Part shown: in pieces, positions 1-12,000 of the stretch
How positions within the stretch are numbered: the first letter of the stretch is position 1
Layout of the letters: every line of letters begins with the position of its first letter
Origin: Trichoplax sp. H2
Taxonomy: Eukaryota
Assembly: GCA_003344405.1 (NCBI GenBank)
Contig: NOWV01000234.1
Location: forward strand, 62,001 to 100,508
Length of the DNA: 38,508 nucleotides
Direction: 5' to 3'
Position numbers and translations under genes: made by a program
The notes under the pieces: model-generated
Databases searched by the model: none
What the model was told of the DNA's origin: nothing
The model's input: the letters and a program-made list of their open reading frames with translations, nothing else

Positions 1-1600
1 AGACTGGAGCTCATCTCCATGACCACGGTTTGCAGGAGAGGCAAAGGCTGCAATCGACTCTGTCCAATTCCATCTACATGTACAGTAGAAGGAATAGAGT
101 AGAGTATGCAAGACTGGAGCTCATCTCCATGACCACCGTTTCCAACTCCATACTACAGTAGAAGGAATAGAGTAGAGTATGCAAGACTGGAGCTCATCTC
201 CATGACCACGGTTTGCAGGAGAGGCAAAGGCTGCAATCGACTCTGTCCAATTCCATCTACATACAGTAGAAGGAATAGAGTAGAGTATGCAAGACTGGAG
301 CTCATCTCCATGACCACCGACCGTTTGCAGGAGAGGCAAAGGCTGCAATCAAGTCTGTCCAACTCCATAGCTAAAGGAGAAGGAATAGAGTAGAGTATGC
401 AAGACTGGAGCTCATCTCCATGACCACCGACCGTTTGCAGGAGAGGCAAAGGCTGCAATCGAGTCTGTCCAACTCCATAGCTAAAGGAAAGGGAATAGAG
501 TAGAGTATGCAAGACTGGAGCTCATCTCCATGACCACCGACCGTTTGCAGGAGAGGCAAAGGCTGCAATCGAGTCTGTCCAACTCCATAGCTAAAGGAGA
601 AGGAATAGAGTAGAGTATGCAAGACTGGNNNNNNNNNNNNNNNNNNNNGCAATCGACTCTGTCCAATTCCAACTCCATACTACAGTAGAAGGAATAGAGT
701 AGAGTATGCAAGACTGGAGGTCATCTCCATGGCCATCGTTTCCAACTCCATACTACAGTAGAAGGAATAGAGTAGAGTATGCAAGACTGGAGCTCATCTC
801 CATGGCCATCGTTTCCAACTCCATACTACAGTAGAAGGAATAGAGTAGAGTATGCAAGACTGGAGCTCATCTCCATGGCCACCGTTTGTAGGAGAGGCAA
901 AGGCTGCAATCGACTCTGTCCAACTCCATACTACAGGAGAAGGAATAGAGTAGAGTATGCAAGACTGGAGCTCATCTCCATGACCACCGTTTGTAGGAGA
1001 GGCAAAGGCTGCAATCGACTCTGTCCAACTCCATACTACAGTAGAAGGAATAGAGTAGAGTATGCAAGACTGGAGCTCATCTCCATGACCACCGTTTGTA
1101 GGAGAGGCAAAGGCTGCAATTGACTCTGTCCAACTCCATACTACAGGAGAAGGAATAGAGTAGAGTATGCAAGACTGGAGCTCATCTCCATGACCACCGT
1201 TTGTAGGAGAGGCAAAGGCTGCAATCGACTCTGTCCAACTCCATACTACAGGAGAAGGAATAGAGTAGAGTATGCAAGACTGGAGCTCATCTCCATGACC
1301 ACGGTTTGCAGGAGAGGCAAAGGCTGCAATCGACTCTGTCCAACTCCATCTACACGTACAGTAGAAGGAATAGAGTAGAGTATGCAAGACTGGAACTCAT
1401 CTCCATGACCACCGTTTACAGGAGAGGCAAAGGCTGCAATCGACTCTGTCCATCTGCATACTACAGGAGAAGGAATAGAGTAGAGTATGCAAGACTGGAG
1501 CTCATCTCCATGACCACCGTTTACAGGAGAGGCAAAGGCTGCAATCGACTCTGTCCATCTCCATACTAGAGGATATAGCTGCAGGAGAAGGAATAGAGAA
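1..1600. repeat. Tandem minisatellite, 105-bp consensus unit with 73-bp deletion variants and 110-bp variants; runs off the left edge
   Basis: Unit GAAGGAATAGAGTAGAGTATGCAAGACTGGAGCTCATCTCCATGACCACCGTTTG...CCATACTACAG repeats directly (e.g. period 105 at 841/946, 73 at 721/794/867, 110 at 301/411/521). Explains all repetitive ORFs in 121-1569. Confidence 0.95.
629..648. other. Assembly gap (20 N)
   Basis: Run of N in the sequence. Confidence 0.99.
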
Positions 1601-2179
1601 GAGTATTTGCCTATTTTTGGACCACTGATCCAGTATACAATCCTGTTTGTCGCTTGATTTTCCATACAAATAGCAATTACACTCTGCTGTGTTTCAGCTA
1701 CACTAGGACCAAGCCAGGCCCAAGCCAAGCTGGCGCGTCCGTCCTCTTTCCTTCTGTCGGTCAAGATCATACAAGCTATCTGCCAGCGCTAACATGAGAT
1801 GAAAGTGGTCAAGCTATCCTATAGGCTAGTATACAATCAAGAATATCCTGTTACAAATCACTGTTATCGCTACTACTGTTTGAGTTCAAATGGAACAGCG
1901 CTACCTCCAGTATCCAACAGCTCGCCAGCGTTGGCCATCCACGTCCAAAAGGCAAAATTGGCCAGCAAGGAAGGCCAAAATTGATTTGCAATTGCTTTTC
2001 CTTTTGCTTTAATCCATTGCAAATCAGCCATCAGCATCCTATTGGACTTGATTGCATCGTCGATACCTTCCTCTGTGCTGTTGGAACCTGTGAAATTACT
2101 TTTTGGAGCGGCAACGCTGTTGTCATTGCTACATTGGGTAGGTGTCTTTTTCTTCTTCTTTTCCTCTTTCTTGTCCATC

Positions 2180-2761
2180 CATGTTGTTTCTTCCTTCCTT
2201 TTCTAATGGCGGAAAGATTGGCTTACCACTTGGACCTACAAGGGATGGATTTAGCTATTACGGCTGTTTTCGATCCTTGTTGCTTCCATTACTTTCCTCA
2301 TGTTTGAACTGGATCGATCGTAGTGTTGCCTACTGCTAGTAGATAGGTTGCCATTGGGGGGCTGATATTGTCCATCTTTTTCCTCGATCTTGTCCATCCT
2401 TATTGCTTTGATTTCTTCCTTCTCTAATGGCGGAAAAACTGGCCTACCACTTTGACTTACAGCGATGGATTCCGATGTATTTTCGATCCTTATTGCTTCC
2501 ATTACTTTCTTCATGTTGCACTGGATCGATATCGATCGCAGTGTTGCTTACTGCTAGTAGATAGGTTGCCATGGGGGGGATCATACTGTCCATCCTTGTT
2601 ACTTTGATTTCTTCCTTCTCCAATGGCGGAAAGATTGGCCTACCACTTGGACCTACAAGGGATGGATTTAGCTTTTACGGCTATGGGTCCATTACTTTCT
2701 TCATGTTGAACTGGATCGATATAATAGGATAGCGATGACAGTGTTTACTACTGCTAGTAGA
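2180..2761. repeat. Tandem array, ~190-235 bp unit containing AATGGCGGAAAGATTGGCCTACCACTT (3 units; 4 units in the copy at ~3650-4468)
   Basis: Unit core seen at ~2205, 2426, 2622 and ~3684, 3917, 4139, 4329. Confidence 0.9.
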
Positions 2762-2781
2762 NNNNNNNNNNNNNNNNNNNN
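2762..2781. other. Assembly gap (20 N)
   Basis: Run of N in the sequence. Confidence 0.99.
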
Positions 2782-4468
2782 TATGCAAGACTGGAGCTCA
2801 TCTCCATGACCACCGACCGTTTGCAGGAGAGGCAAAGGCTGCAATCGAGTCTGTCCAACTCCATAGCTAAAGGAGAAGGAATAGAGTAGAGTATGCAAGA
2901 CTGGAGCTCATCTCCATGACCACCGTTTGCAGTAGAGGCAAAGGCTGCAATCGACTCTGTCCAACTCCATACTAGAGGATATACCTGCAGGAGAAGGAAT
3001 AGAGAAGAGTATTTGCCTATTTTTGGACCACTGATCCACTATACAATCCTGTTTGTCGCTTGATTTCCATACAAATAGCACTTACACTCTGCTGTGTTTC
3101 AGCCACACCATGACGTGGCCAGGCCAAAGCCAAGCTGGCGCGTCCGTCCTCTTTCCTTCTGTCTGTCAAGATCATACAAGCTATCTACCAGCGCTAACAT
3201 GGGATGAAAGTGGATAGAAATCCTGTACAAGGGATCCTATTGAGGGTTGGTCGTGGATAGCACTCCAATCATCCTATAGGCTAGTATACAATCAAGAACA
3301 TCCTCTTACAAATCACTCTTATCGCCACTACTGTTTGAGTTCAAGTGCAACAGCGCTACCTCTAGTATCCAACAGCTCGCCAGCGTTGGCCATCCACGTC
3401 CGTTGGCCGTCGTCGTCCAAAAGGCAAAATTGGCCAGCAAGGAAGGCCAAAATCGACTTTTAATTGCTTTTCCTTTTGCTTTAATCCATTGCAAATCAGC
3501 CATCAGCATCCTATTGGACTTGATTGCATCGTCGATACCTTTTTCTGTGCTGTTGGAACCTGTGAAATTACTTTTTGGAGCGGCAACGCAGTTGTCATTG
3601 CTACATTGGGTAGGTGTCTTTTTCTTCTTCTTTTCCCCTCTCTTGTCCATCCATGTTGCTTTGCATTTCTTCCTTCCTTTTCTAATGGCGGAAAGATTGG
3701 CCTACCACTTTGACTTACAGCGATGGATTCCACTTTTACGGCTATTTTCGATCCTTGTTGCTTCCATTACTTTCTTCATGTTGAACTGGATCGACATCGA
3801 TCGCAGTGTTGGCTACTGCTAATAGATAGGTTGCCATGGGGGGGGGGGGCTGCTGATATTTTCCAACTTTTTCCTCTATCTTGCCCATCCTTGTTGCATT
3901 GATTTCTTCCTTCTCCAATGGCGGAAAGATTGGCCTACCACTTGGACCTACAAGGGATGGATTCAGCTTTTACGGCTATGGGTTGATTACTTTCTTCATG
4001 TTGAACTGGATCGATATAATAGGATAGCGATGACAGTGTTGCCTACTGCTAGTAGATAGGTTGCCATTGGGGGGCTGATATTGTCCATCTTTTTCCTCGA
4101 TCTTGTCCATCCTTGTTGCTTTGATTTCTTCCTTCTCCAATAGCGGAAAGATTGGCCTACCACTTGGACCTACAAGTTATATATTTAGCTTTTACGGCTA
4201 TGGGTTGATTACTTTCTTCATGTTGAACTGGATCGATATCGATCGCAGTGTTGCCTACTGCTAGTAGATAGGTTGCCATTGGGGGGATCATACTGTCCAT
4301 CCTTGTTACTTTGATTTCTTCCTTCTCCAATGGCGGAAAGATTGGCTTACCACTTGGATCTACAAGGGATGGATTTAGCTTTTACGGCTATGGGTTGATT
4401 ACTTTCTTCATGTTGAACTGGATCGATATAATAGGATAGCGATGACAGTGTTTACTACTGCTAGTAGA
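2782..4468. repeat. Second copy of the block satellite + ~600 bp unique spacer + ~200-bp tandem array (first copy ~1490-2761)
   Basis: 1570-2200 aligns colinearly to 2975-3680 with substitutions and indels (e.g. ~60 bp extra at ~3215-3272). Both copies end in GTGTTTACTACTGCTAGTAGA (2741-2761 and 4448-4468). Confidence 0.9.
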
Positions 4469-4749
4469 GACGCGTAGGTTTGTTGCCATGAATTGTTGAT
4501 GAGAAGGAGGAGGAGGAGGAGGATATCCACTTGAAAGTAATCCATTGCACAGTCTTTCAAGGCTTTCTTTTCAATCATACAATCTTGGCCATGAATTCAT
4601 GACATTGGATTGAGAGCAGAGTCCAAACGCTTTGAGCGATCTTCCTCTACCTTTCTGACGACAGGATGGACATGTTGATTAACTCGAGCTCGGTTAAATT
4701 GATTGCTGATGCTGTAGTCTAGCCAAACAGAATGCAAGAAAGGATTGTA

Positions 4750-5095
4750 GTTTAGACGACAACAGTCCATTCGTTTTCTCCTCCTCACCAATGCCCTTCT
4801 GTCTCATCCTTGGCAAGAATAAAACCTCCATTCCATGATCCATCTTTTTATCCATAGCACTTTTTAGCTGTGTCTCTTTAGACGACAACAGTCTATTTTT
4901 TTCCTCCTCACCAATTCCCTTCTGTCTCATCCTTGGCAAGAATAAAACCTCTGTTCCATTCTCCATCTGTTATCCATAGCACTTTTTAGCTGTCTTTCTT
5001 GAGACGACAACAGTCCATTCTTTTTCTCCTCCTCACCAATGCCCTTCTGTCTCATCCTTGGTAAAAGGAAAACCTCCATTCCATGATCCCTTCTT
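4750..5095. repeat. Tandem repeat, ~124 bp x3
   Basis: GACGACAACAGTC...CTCCTCACCAAT.CCCTTCTGTCTCATCCTTGG at ~4755, 4881, 5003. Confidence 0.9.
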
Positions 5096-5261
5096 TCTTC
5101 TTGGATCCACTCACTTTTGAGCTCTTTTACTCTTTCAACTCGTTTGAACTGACTGTATCAGTTGGATAGGGGGTCTTTAGCAACATGTTCTTCTCATTTT
5201 CAAGCCTAGAACAGGCCAAGTGAGAAGAAGGATGACCAACCTAGGCACAGACATACACGTA

Positions 5262-5590
5262 GACTGCATGAAAAATCAAATCGGCCTTCATCAATCCCTT
5301 TACACTAAATCTACAACCTTTCTCATCACATACATCATATACGCTTTAAATTAAGACTGCATGCAAAATTAAATCAGCCTGCATCAACTCCTTTACTCTG
5401 GGTCTACAAGTTTTCTCATGCAAAATTAAATCAGCCTGCATCAACTACTTTACTCTACCTTGTTGCGGCAGGCGTCTACAGCCTTTCTCATAACATACGC
5501 TCGCCTAGAATGCAAACGAAAATCCAATCAGCCTGCATTAACCACTTTACTTTCCCTTTTTTTTTGGCGGCGTCTACAGGCTTTCTCATC
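5262..5590. repeat. Degenerate tandem repeat (ATGCAAAATTAAATCAGCCTGCATCAACT...TCTACA..CTTTCTCAT), ~4 units
   Basis: Motif recurs at ~5265, 5358, 5418, 5510 with variable spacing. Confidence 0.7.
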
Positions 5591-6087
5591 ACGTTAGGAG
5601 AAATTATTGAAGCCAACCATTGCCTCAAGTGATTGCCCATGGCTGGTACCACGCCATGATCACTCCATTGCAATCCATCTCCACTGGTAGCCCAACGATT
5701 GCATTATTTGTGCAAGGAATCCATCTCCTCCATCTTCTTCTTGCTCTTTCAACTGCTGCCATTACCACCGTCGACAAGTTGATTCCATTGCTGGTACAAG
5801 ATTGAGACAAAATTGCCTATTGCATTCAGGTAAGCATCAAACAGTTCATGCATTATTAATGGCTTTTCCACCTTGAAGTTGGCTTTGTATCCTTGCATAC
5901 CCTAGCCATCTTGCTCAATCTTCTTCCACTTTGCTTAGAATATTGGCAGCTTGCTTGTCCACCACAAAACCAATCCGCTCATTAGCCACATTTTCCTATT
6001 TCATGTGTGTCCATTCTCTATCAAGCTGTTGCTTTCAACCTTGAACAATCCTTCCTTTTTTGAACTGCTGGTATTAATCCATCCTTC

Positions 6088-9000
6088 ATGATGCGTTTCA
6101 ATGAGAAAGAATTAACAAGCCTTGCCTTGTCGACATCGGTCCGATTCGATAAAGAAGGCTGCTTATACATGTACGATCGTGAAGGCAAATATCTCAAGCG
6201 GACAGAAGGTAAGTTCGGCAATCATGTTGTCGCTTGTTCTACTGCTTGTTTTTTCTTTTCGCAAGCTGAGTTATGGTTGAGCAAGACCACTGTGGATTCC
6301 TTAGCAATCGTTTCAATCATGGCTTTCCCCGCTTGAGTAGACTGTCACAAAGATCCAACAACTAGACAGTACAAAATGGCATGAAAAGAGTGCCTAGCTA
6401 CTGTCTTGTAGTTTTTTTTCTCTTTCCGTCGTTGATGCTATTGGATCTTTGTCCCACTAATGGCTTTCATTGTATCTTCTTACTCTTTTAACTTGTGTGA
6501 TGGATGTTCTTTTTTCTTGTCCTGTATTTTGCGGTGTTATTTTGTTGATGTGGATGATGGCGGCGGTGTTGATCTCTTGCTTTCATCAACTGGTTTCTCC
6601 TGTCTCTTTCATTTTGGGTGTAATGATGGCGTTTTCACACTTTCTTGACAGTCTTTCTCCTAGCTTATTGACCTTCATCATGGCGTTTTCATGCTTTCTT
6701 GACAGTCTTTTCCCTCTCGCCTATTTTATTTTCGCCCTGACGATGGCGCTTTCATGCTTTCTTGATCGTCTTTTCTTGTAGTTTGTTTTCCCTAACGATA
6801 GCGTTTTCATGCTTTCTTGACCATCTTCTCTCTTGTACTGTATAATTCGTCCTGATGATGGCGTTTTCATGCTTTCTTCACCATCTTCTCTCTTGTACTG
6901 TATAATTCGTCCTGATGATGGCGTTTTCATGCTTTCTTGATCGCCTTCTCTCGTGTATGTAATTCCCTCTCCCTGATGATAGTATCTTCATACTTTCTTA
7001 GCCATCTTCTCTCCCATCTTATTCGCTATGATGATGGCATCTTCATACTTTCTTAGCCATCTTCTCTCCCATCTTATTCGCTATGATGATGGCATCTTCA
7101 TATTTTCTTAGCCATCTTCTCTCCCATCTTATTCGCTATGATGATGGCATCTTCATACTTTCTTAGCCATCTTCTCTCCCATCTTATTCGCTATGATGAT
7201 GGCATCTTCATACTTTCTCGACCATCTTCTCTCCAATCTTATTCGCTATGATGATGGTGTTTGCACGCTTTTCTTGACATGATTAGGCAGTATTTTTATT
7301 CGCCATGATGATGGCCATTTTCCTTTCTTGCTTGCTGCCTTTCTACCCTAGCCTCCCTGTGTCGTATTTTGTTGCTTGGATGATGGCGTTTCCATGATTA
7401 GTATCTTCCTTGTAAAGTACAGTAGGTTACTCAGCCTAAAGATGGCGATTTCAATTTCTTTTCACGCCTTCTTTATCCCTGCTGCCTCCCTAGCGAGTAT
7501 TTGCCTTACTTGGATGATGGCGTTGAATACTTTCTTAACAGCATTCTCCTGTCTAGCATTTTGCTCATCCTAATGATGGCGATATTTCTTTCTTTCATGC
7601 TTTTTTTTTAAGACAGTATCCTCCTTCTGCTCTAATGGCGCTTTCTTCTACTGTACACTGTACAGTATTTTATGTTTTCCTCCTTCATTTTACTCATGCT
7701 GATGATGGCTATCTCTGTCTTATTATTATTTAAAATAGCCCATGATCCATGGTCATGATTGCTATCTTACAATCTCTTCTTATTTTGACTACTATGTTCC
7801 ATTTTCGTCTGTTATTGATTTATCCATCCTGATGATGAGTTATTCTATTTTCTATCATAGGTTTTATTGAACGATTATTTCGACTTAAAGGCAATATCCT
7901 ACTGTATTTTCGATCCACCAAACGGGTAAGAACATGGCGATAAATGTATAGTATAGTGATTTTTATTTTCAACACCAATCATCCATGTCCATCTCCGTTG
8001 AATCCTGCATCCTCCTTCGATACTCTTAAAGTATTGTAAGATAGCTTAGCATGATATAAGACATGAAATCAATCGTCCTCTTTCTCCCTTTTTTTTAAAA
8101 GCGATTTCGTCCTCTATCCAATAGAGAACTGTATTCAATGTGAACATTTTATTCCATCTTTTCACTTATCATTTTTTATTGGTTTATTTGGGGGGGAGGA
8201 AACTGGCTCCATCGACTCATCACTACTTTCAAAATGAAAACATTTTCCATCCATGCCTAGCAAAGTGATGATGATGATGGAATCAGTTTCCATCTCGCTA
8301 TCCAATCACTCTGATTTCATGCTAGATTGATTTTGACTTGGTTTCCATTCTCTTGTACGAGGATTGAACAGAAAGTTGTCAAGGCTAATTACAATGGTTG
8401 TCAATTTTATTAGTATCCTTTTGAATGTTGTGCATGGCCATGGATCGCTTGGCAATTTAAAACCATAGCGATCCAGGCCATCATCATTTTGATTTGCATG
8501 GGTCGATAGACAAGATGGTGATCTATTCTGTCCAATGCAATCGATTCTCAGCTGGCTAGCCTTCTATTTCCATGGAGGTGGTTAATTATCAACGACAGAA
8601 AGCGTGGGATTATTCGTCACCTTTGTGTTATTTTCCAACAATTTTTTATTTTCTATTCTATACTGTATTAATTAACCCAAATGAATGAATGAATTATAAT
8701 GAGCTAGACAACATAGTACAACATCTATTTCCCTAACAACGGGCAGGATGAGAATGGCTAGGTTAAGATGAAATAGTATAAGCCTATTTGGATGGGTTGG
8801 AGAAATATTAACTAACTGTACAATGAAGAGTAAGGACTTCTTCCGCGGTCACAATCCTATTCTCCTGAATGAGGAGATTAATTGACTTACTGCTTCCTGT
8901 ACAATGTCATCATCAACATGCTAAGTGACGACATTATAGCTTTCCTACAAGGAAAGCTATAATGTCTTAACAGTGTCGATAGGAGTTTAATGCCAACAAG

Positions 9001-12000
9001 TTGAAGAAAACTCCAGCGACGGTAGAATGTCATCCTTGATCTTGTTAGGGACGACGACGAGAATAGTCTTCACCATAGACTACTCGAGACAGAATATTAT
9101 CCCTTACTCTTACCTTATCAGAGGAAAGGGATCAAAAATTGCAGTTTAACGGTAACCATATTCCTTAAGTCGTCTCTGCCTTAACATTATAGATCGACGA
9201 GAACAGTCTCCCGTCTTGAACAAAATGCTATCCTATTTTAATATTATACGCTTCGATAGGAGCTTGATGAGAAAAATGGATAGACTCTGTCATTTCATCA
9301 TCGACTTTCCAAGTGACGAGAAGATCTCGTCTTGAAGGAAATGCCATCCTATTTTACTACAGTAGTATACGCTTCGATAGGAGCTTGATAGAAAGTGTTT
9401 TGCTATGTTAATTTCATCATCGACTTTCCTACTGACGAGAAACGTCTCGCCTTCATGGGACAGGCCATCATGTCAATATGAGACAAGTGGACCAGAGTAG
9501 AAATCAGTTTGATTGCAAACACTTTGATAAAAGCTCATTCAGATGATCCTGCTATGATCAGACTTTTCCTACTACAAGAATATTCTCACGCTGGATTGAA
9601 AATAAAATTGACTACTAGCTTGGATACCAAGTATTTTGAGGTAACAGCTCAATATAACGGCGATGGCCTTGCGTTAGGAAAAATGGAATGACTGTACAAT
9701 GGAAAAATGAACTTTTATAATCCTAAATGCAATAGTTTGGCTTTCGCCAACGAAATGGACTTGCTATTGACAGCCAAACCAATGCCAACAACTCTCAAAA
9801 TGGGAATAACCATTAGGAAAGGAAATATTGTTGACAATGGACAACCCATGTTGATGGCAACGCCTTGTGTAACGATTCAATGACTGTTTAAACATGGACT
9901 TACTTAGCAGGAATAGCTTGGCTTTGAAGATTGGAAAAAATGTTGACAATCAACTTTATGCTTGCTCTACCATTGACAAAAGTTAATTACTAACGTATAG
10001 CTAGAGATGAGCATAAACCGATAATTTAATCCATTACAGGAGACTACTCTCATACGATTGCCAATAGCATGCTCACCCACTTTTCCAGCAGTCAACGCGA
10101 TAGTGTTGACAAAGATCATGCCTACTAAGTTCAGAAAAGCTTCATGACGCTAGACAGTAGTCTGGGAATTTTCTTCATTAATAAAATAATATATCCATGT
10201 TTACAAATAAAATACCAACTGCCTTCACAAAAGGCCTTAATTACTCTCTCTACATCAAGCTGATGATATTGACTATGCAAATATTCTACTACGACACAAT
10301 TACTCGTATGTTTATAAATGCAATGGCTACCAATGCCATTCGTATTCCTTTGTAAAAGTCTTAACTTATTCTACAATCATACTAATGAGAGTTACTAGGC
10401 AATATTCTGCCATGATGTAATTGTGTTTACAAGTACAATTGGTATTCCTTTCACAAAGTTTGAAGTTACTCTACAATCACACTAATGATCATGATGGCTA
10501 CTAGGGACTATTCTTCCATTCAAAAATAATGTTTACAAGTGCAAGATGCCTACTCCGTTCAGCTTTTACATAAGGAATGGCGGTCAATATGTCATCGTGA
10601 TACGTAATCCTTTCAGAAAAAGTCTTAATCTACTCTACAATCATACTGATGATAGTTGCAGAATATTATACCCAAATGCTCATAGCTTGGAATAGGATTG
10701 GTAACCCTTTCAGGAAGGATTTAGTTATTCTTCAATCACACTAAGAATAGTTATTAGGAAATATTACACAATTGCAGAATCATGTTTATTAATGACAGTT
10801 ACTCGGCAATATTCTGTCATTAGAGGATAATGTTTACAAGTACGATGCCATTACAAAACCTCCATGACACTAAAAATAGACTGTGATAACAGTTGTTCAG
10901 GGAATATTCTTCATTAGAGAACAATTTCAATACGATGTTAAAGACTTTCTAATTCGAGAACGAAGGAATGACTTATCCTACTAGCAGCCTGCAATAACTC
11001 TTGCTACAACTAGTCTAACATCCGAGAATGATACAATGGCTACAGACGAGTAGAATCAGAGAAGACTTGCATAGAGGCTCAATAACTCTACAAACTGGCA
11101 ATGAGGAATGAGGTGTTTTGGAATACATGAACTCTATCATTCAAAAATGTTGGGACAGCTATAAAATTCATTGCCCACTACTTTGGAAAGGCTGCATGAC
11201 TCTATAAGCGAACTAGGATAAGGATGGCTTCAATTTTTAGATTGGAATGACTGCTATTAGAGAATATCCTACTATTGCATAATGATTCAATAACTAAAAC
11301 TTACAGTAAATGCCTACGCTTTCATCAAGCTCCAATACTCTACAAGTTGATAACTTTGGTCACTACTTTGGTTATGTTTTGATCTCAATGTCAAATGGAA
11401 GACCGCCATAACATCATTTGGCGAAATCATCGTTGTTATGTGGGCGGTGCTACAAATCAACTTGTTTACACAGTCCATCCGAACCATCTTCGCTAGTGAC
11501 TTCCGCTTTTACACGCTACTCCTTGACTATGGATCTACTGGATAAAGTCATGATTGTTGTTGTGATGTTGACATTATTCTTTAATTCAATGATTTTTAGT
11601 CAGCCGGTCAATGCATTTGTAAGTAATGGCAAAGACATTGAGCACAACACAATGTAGTAACCCAAAGTTTTTCGACTGTCAGTGATGGATGAATCATCAT
11701 AATTTTAATCCCTTCTATCCATGAACCCATGCTTGCCTTTAATCTCTATTATTCATCGTCAATAGCGATTGAAAGCCTACGGTTAGATAGTATTGTTTAT
11801 TCAATTGGGAATCTATTGGTAGCTATTGTTGTCTTAATCAATGACATAAGGAGAACACTACTATTGATTAGATTAGAGGCTTGAATTAAAATTACTATTT
11901 TAAATCTCAATCTGATCTCCATCGATAACTGATCGAATGGTGATAACGAGAATAAAGATTCAAGGATGCCATTGAAAATTTTATAATACAATATGTTGTT

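Noticed and set aside
121..1569. Repeat proteins from the ORF track
   Set aside because: Open on both strands only because the 105-bp unit is a multiple of three; 73- and 110-bp variants break the frames.
1..1600. CRISPR-like array (constant block with variable inter-block sequence)
   Set aside because: The variable parts are deletion/substitution variants of one unit, not unique spacers. The context is eukaryotic and no cas genes are present.
1873..3822. ORFs in the duplicated spacer (MDKKEEKK.. on minus; HPIGLDC.. and ISILLDL.. on plus)
   Set aside because: No recognisable homology, the frames diverge between copies because of indels, and there are too few substitutions to show coding constraint.
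4340..5230. Minus-strand gene divergent from INPP4 (e.g. GYPPPPPPSHQQF frame, acceptor-like site near 5207)
   Set aside because: The poly-Pro comes from a GAG microsatellite, the frames are short, and I could not build a consistent exon chain.
5821..6025. Possible INPP4 5'UTR intron (CAG|GTAAGC at 5829/5830 to AAG at 6025)
   Set aside because: Plausible, but supported only by splice-like words, so not reported as a feature.
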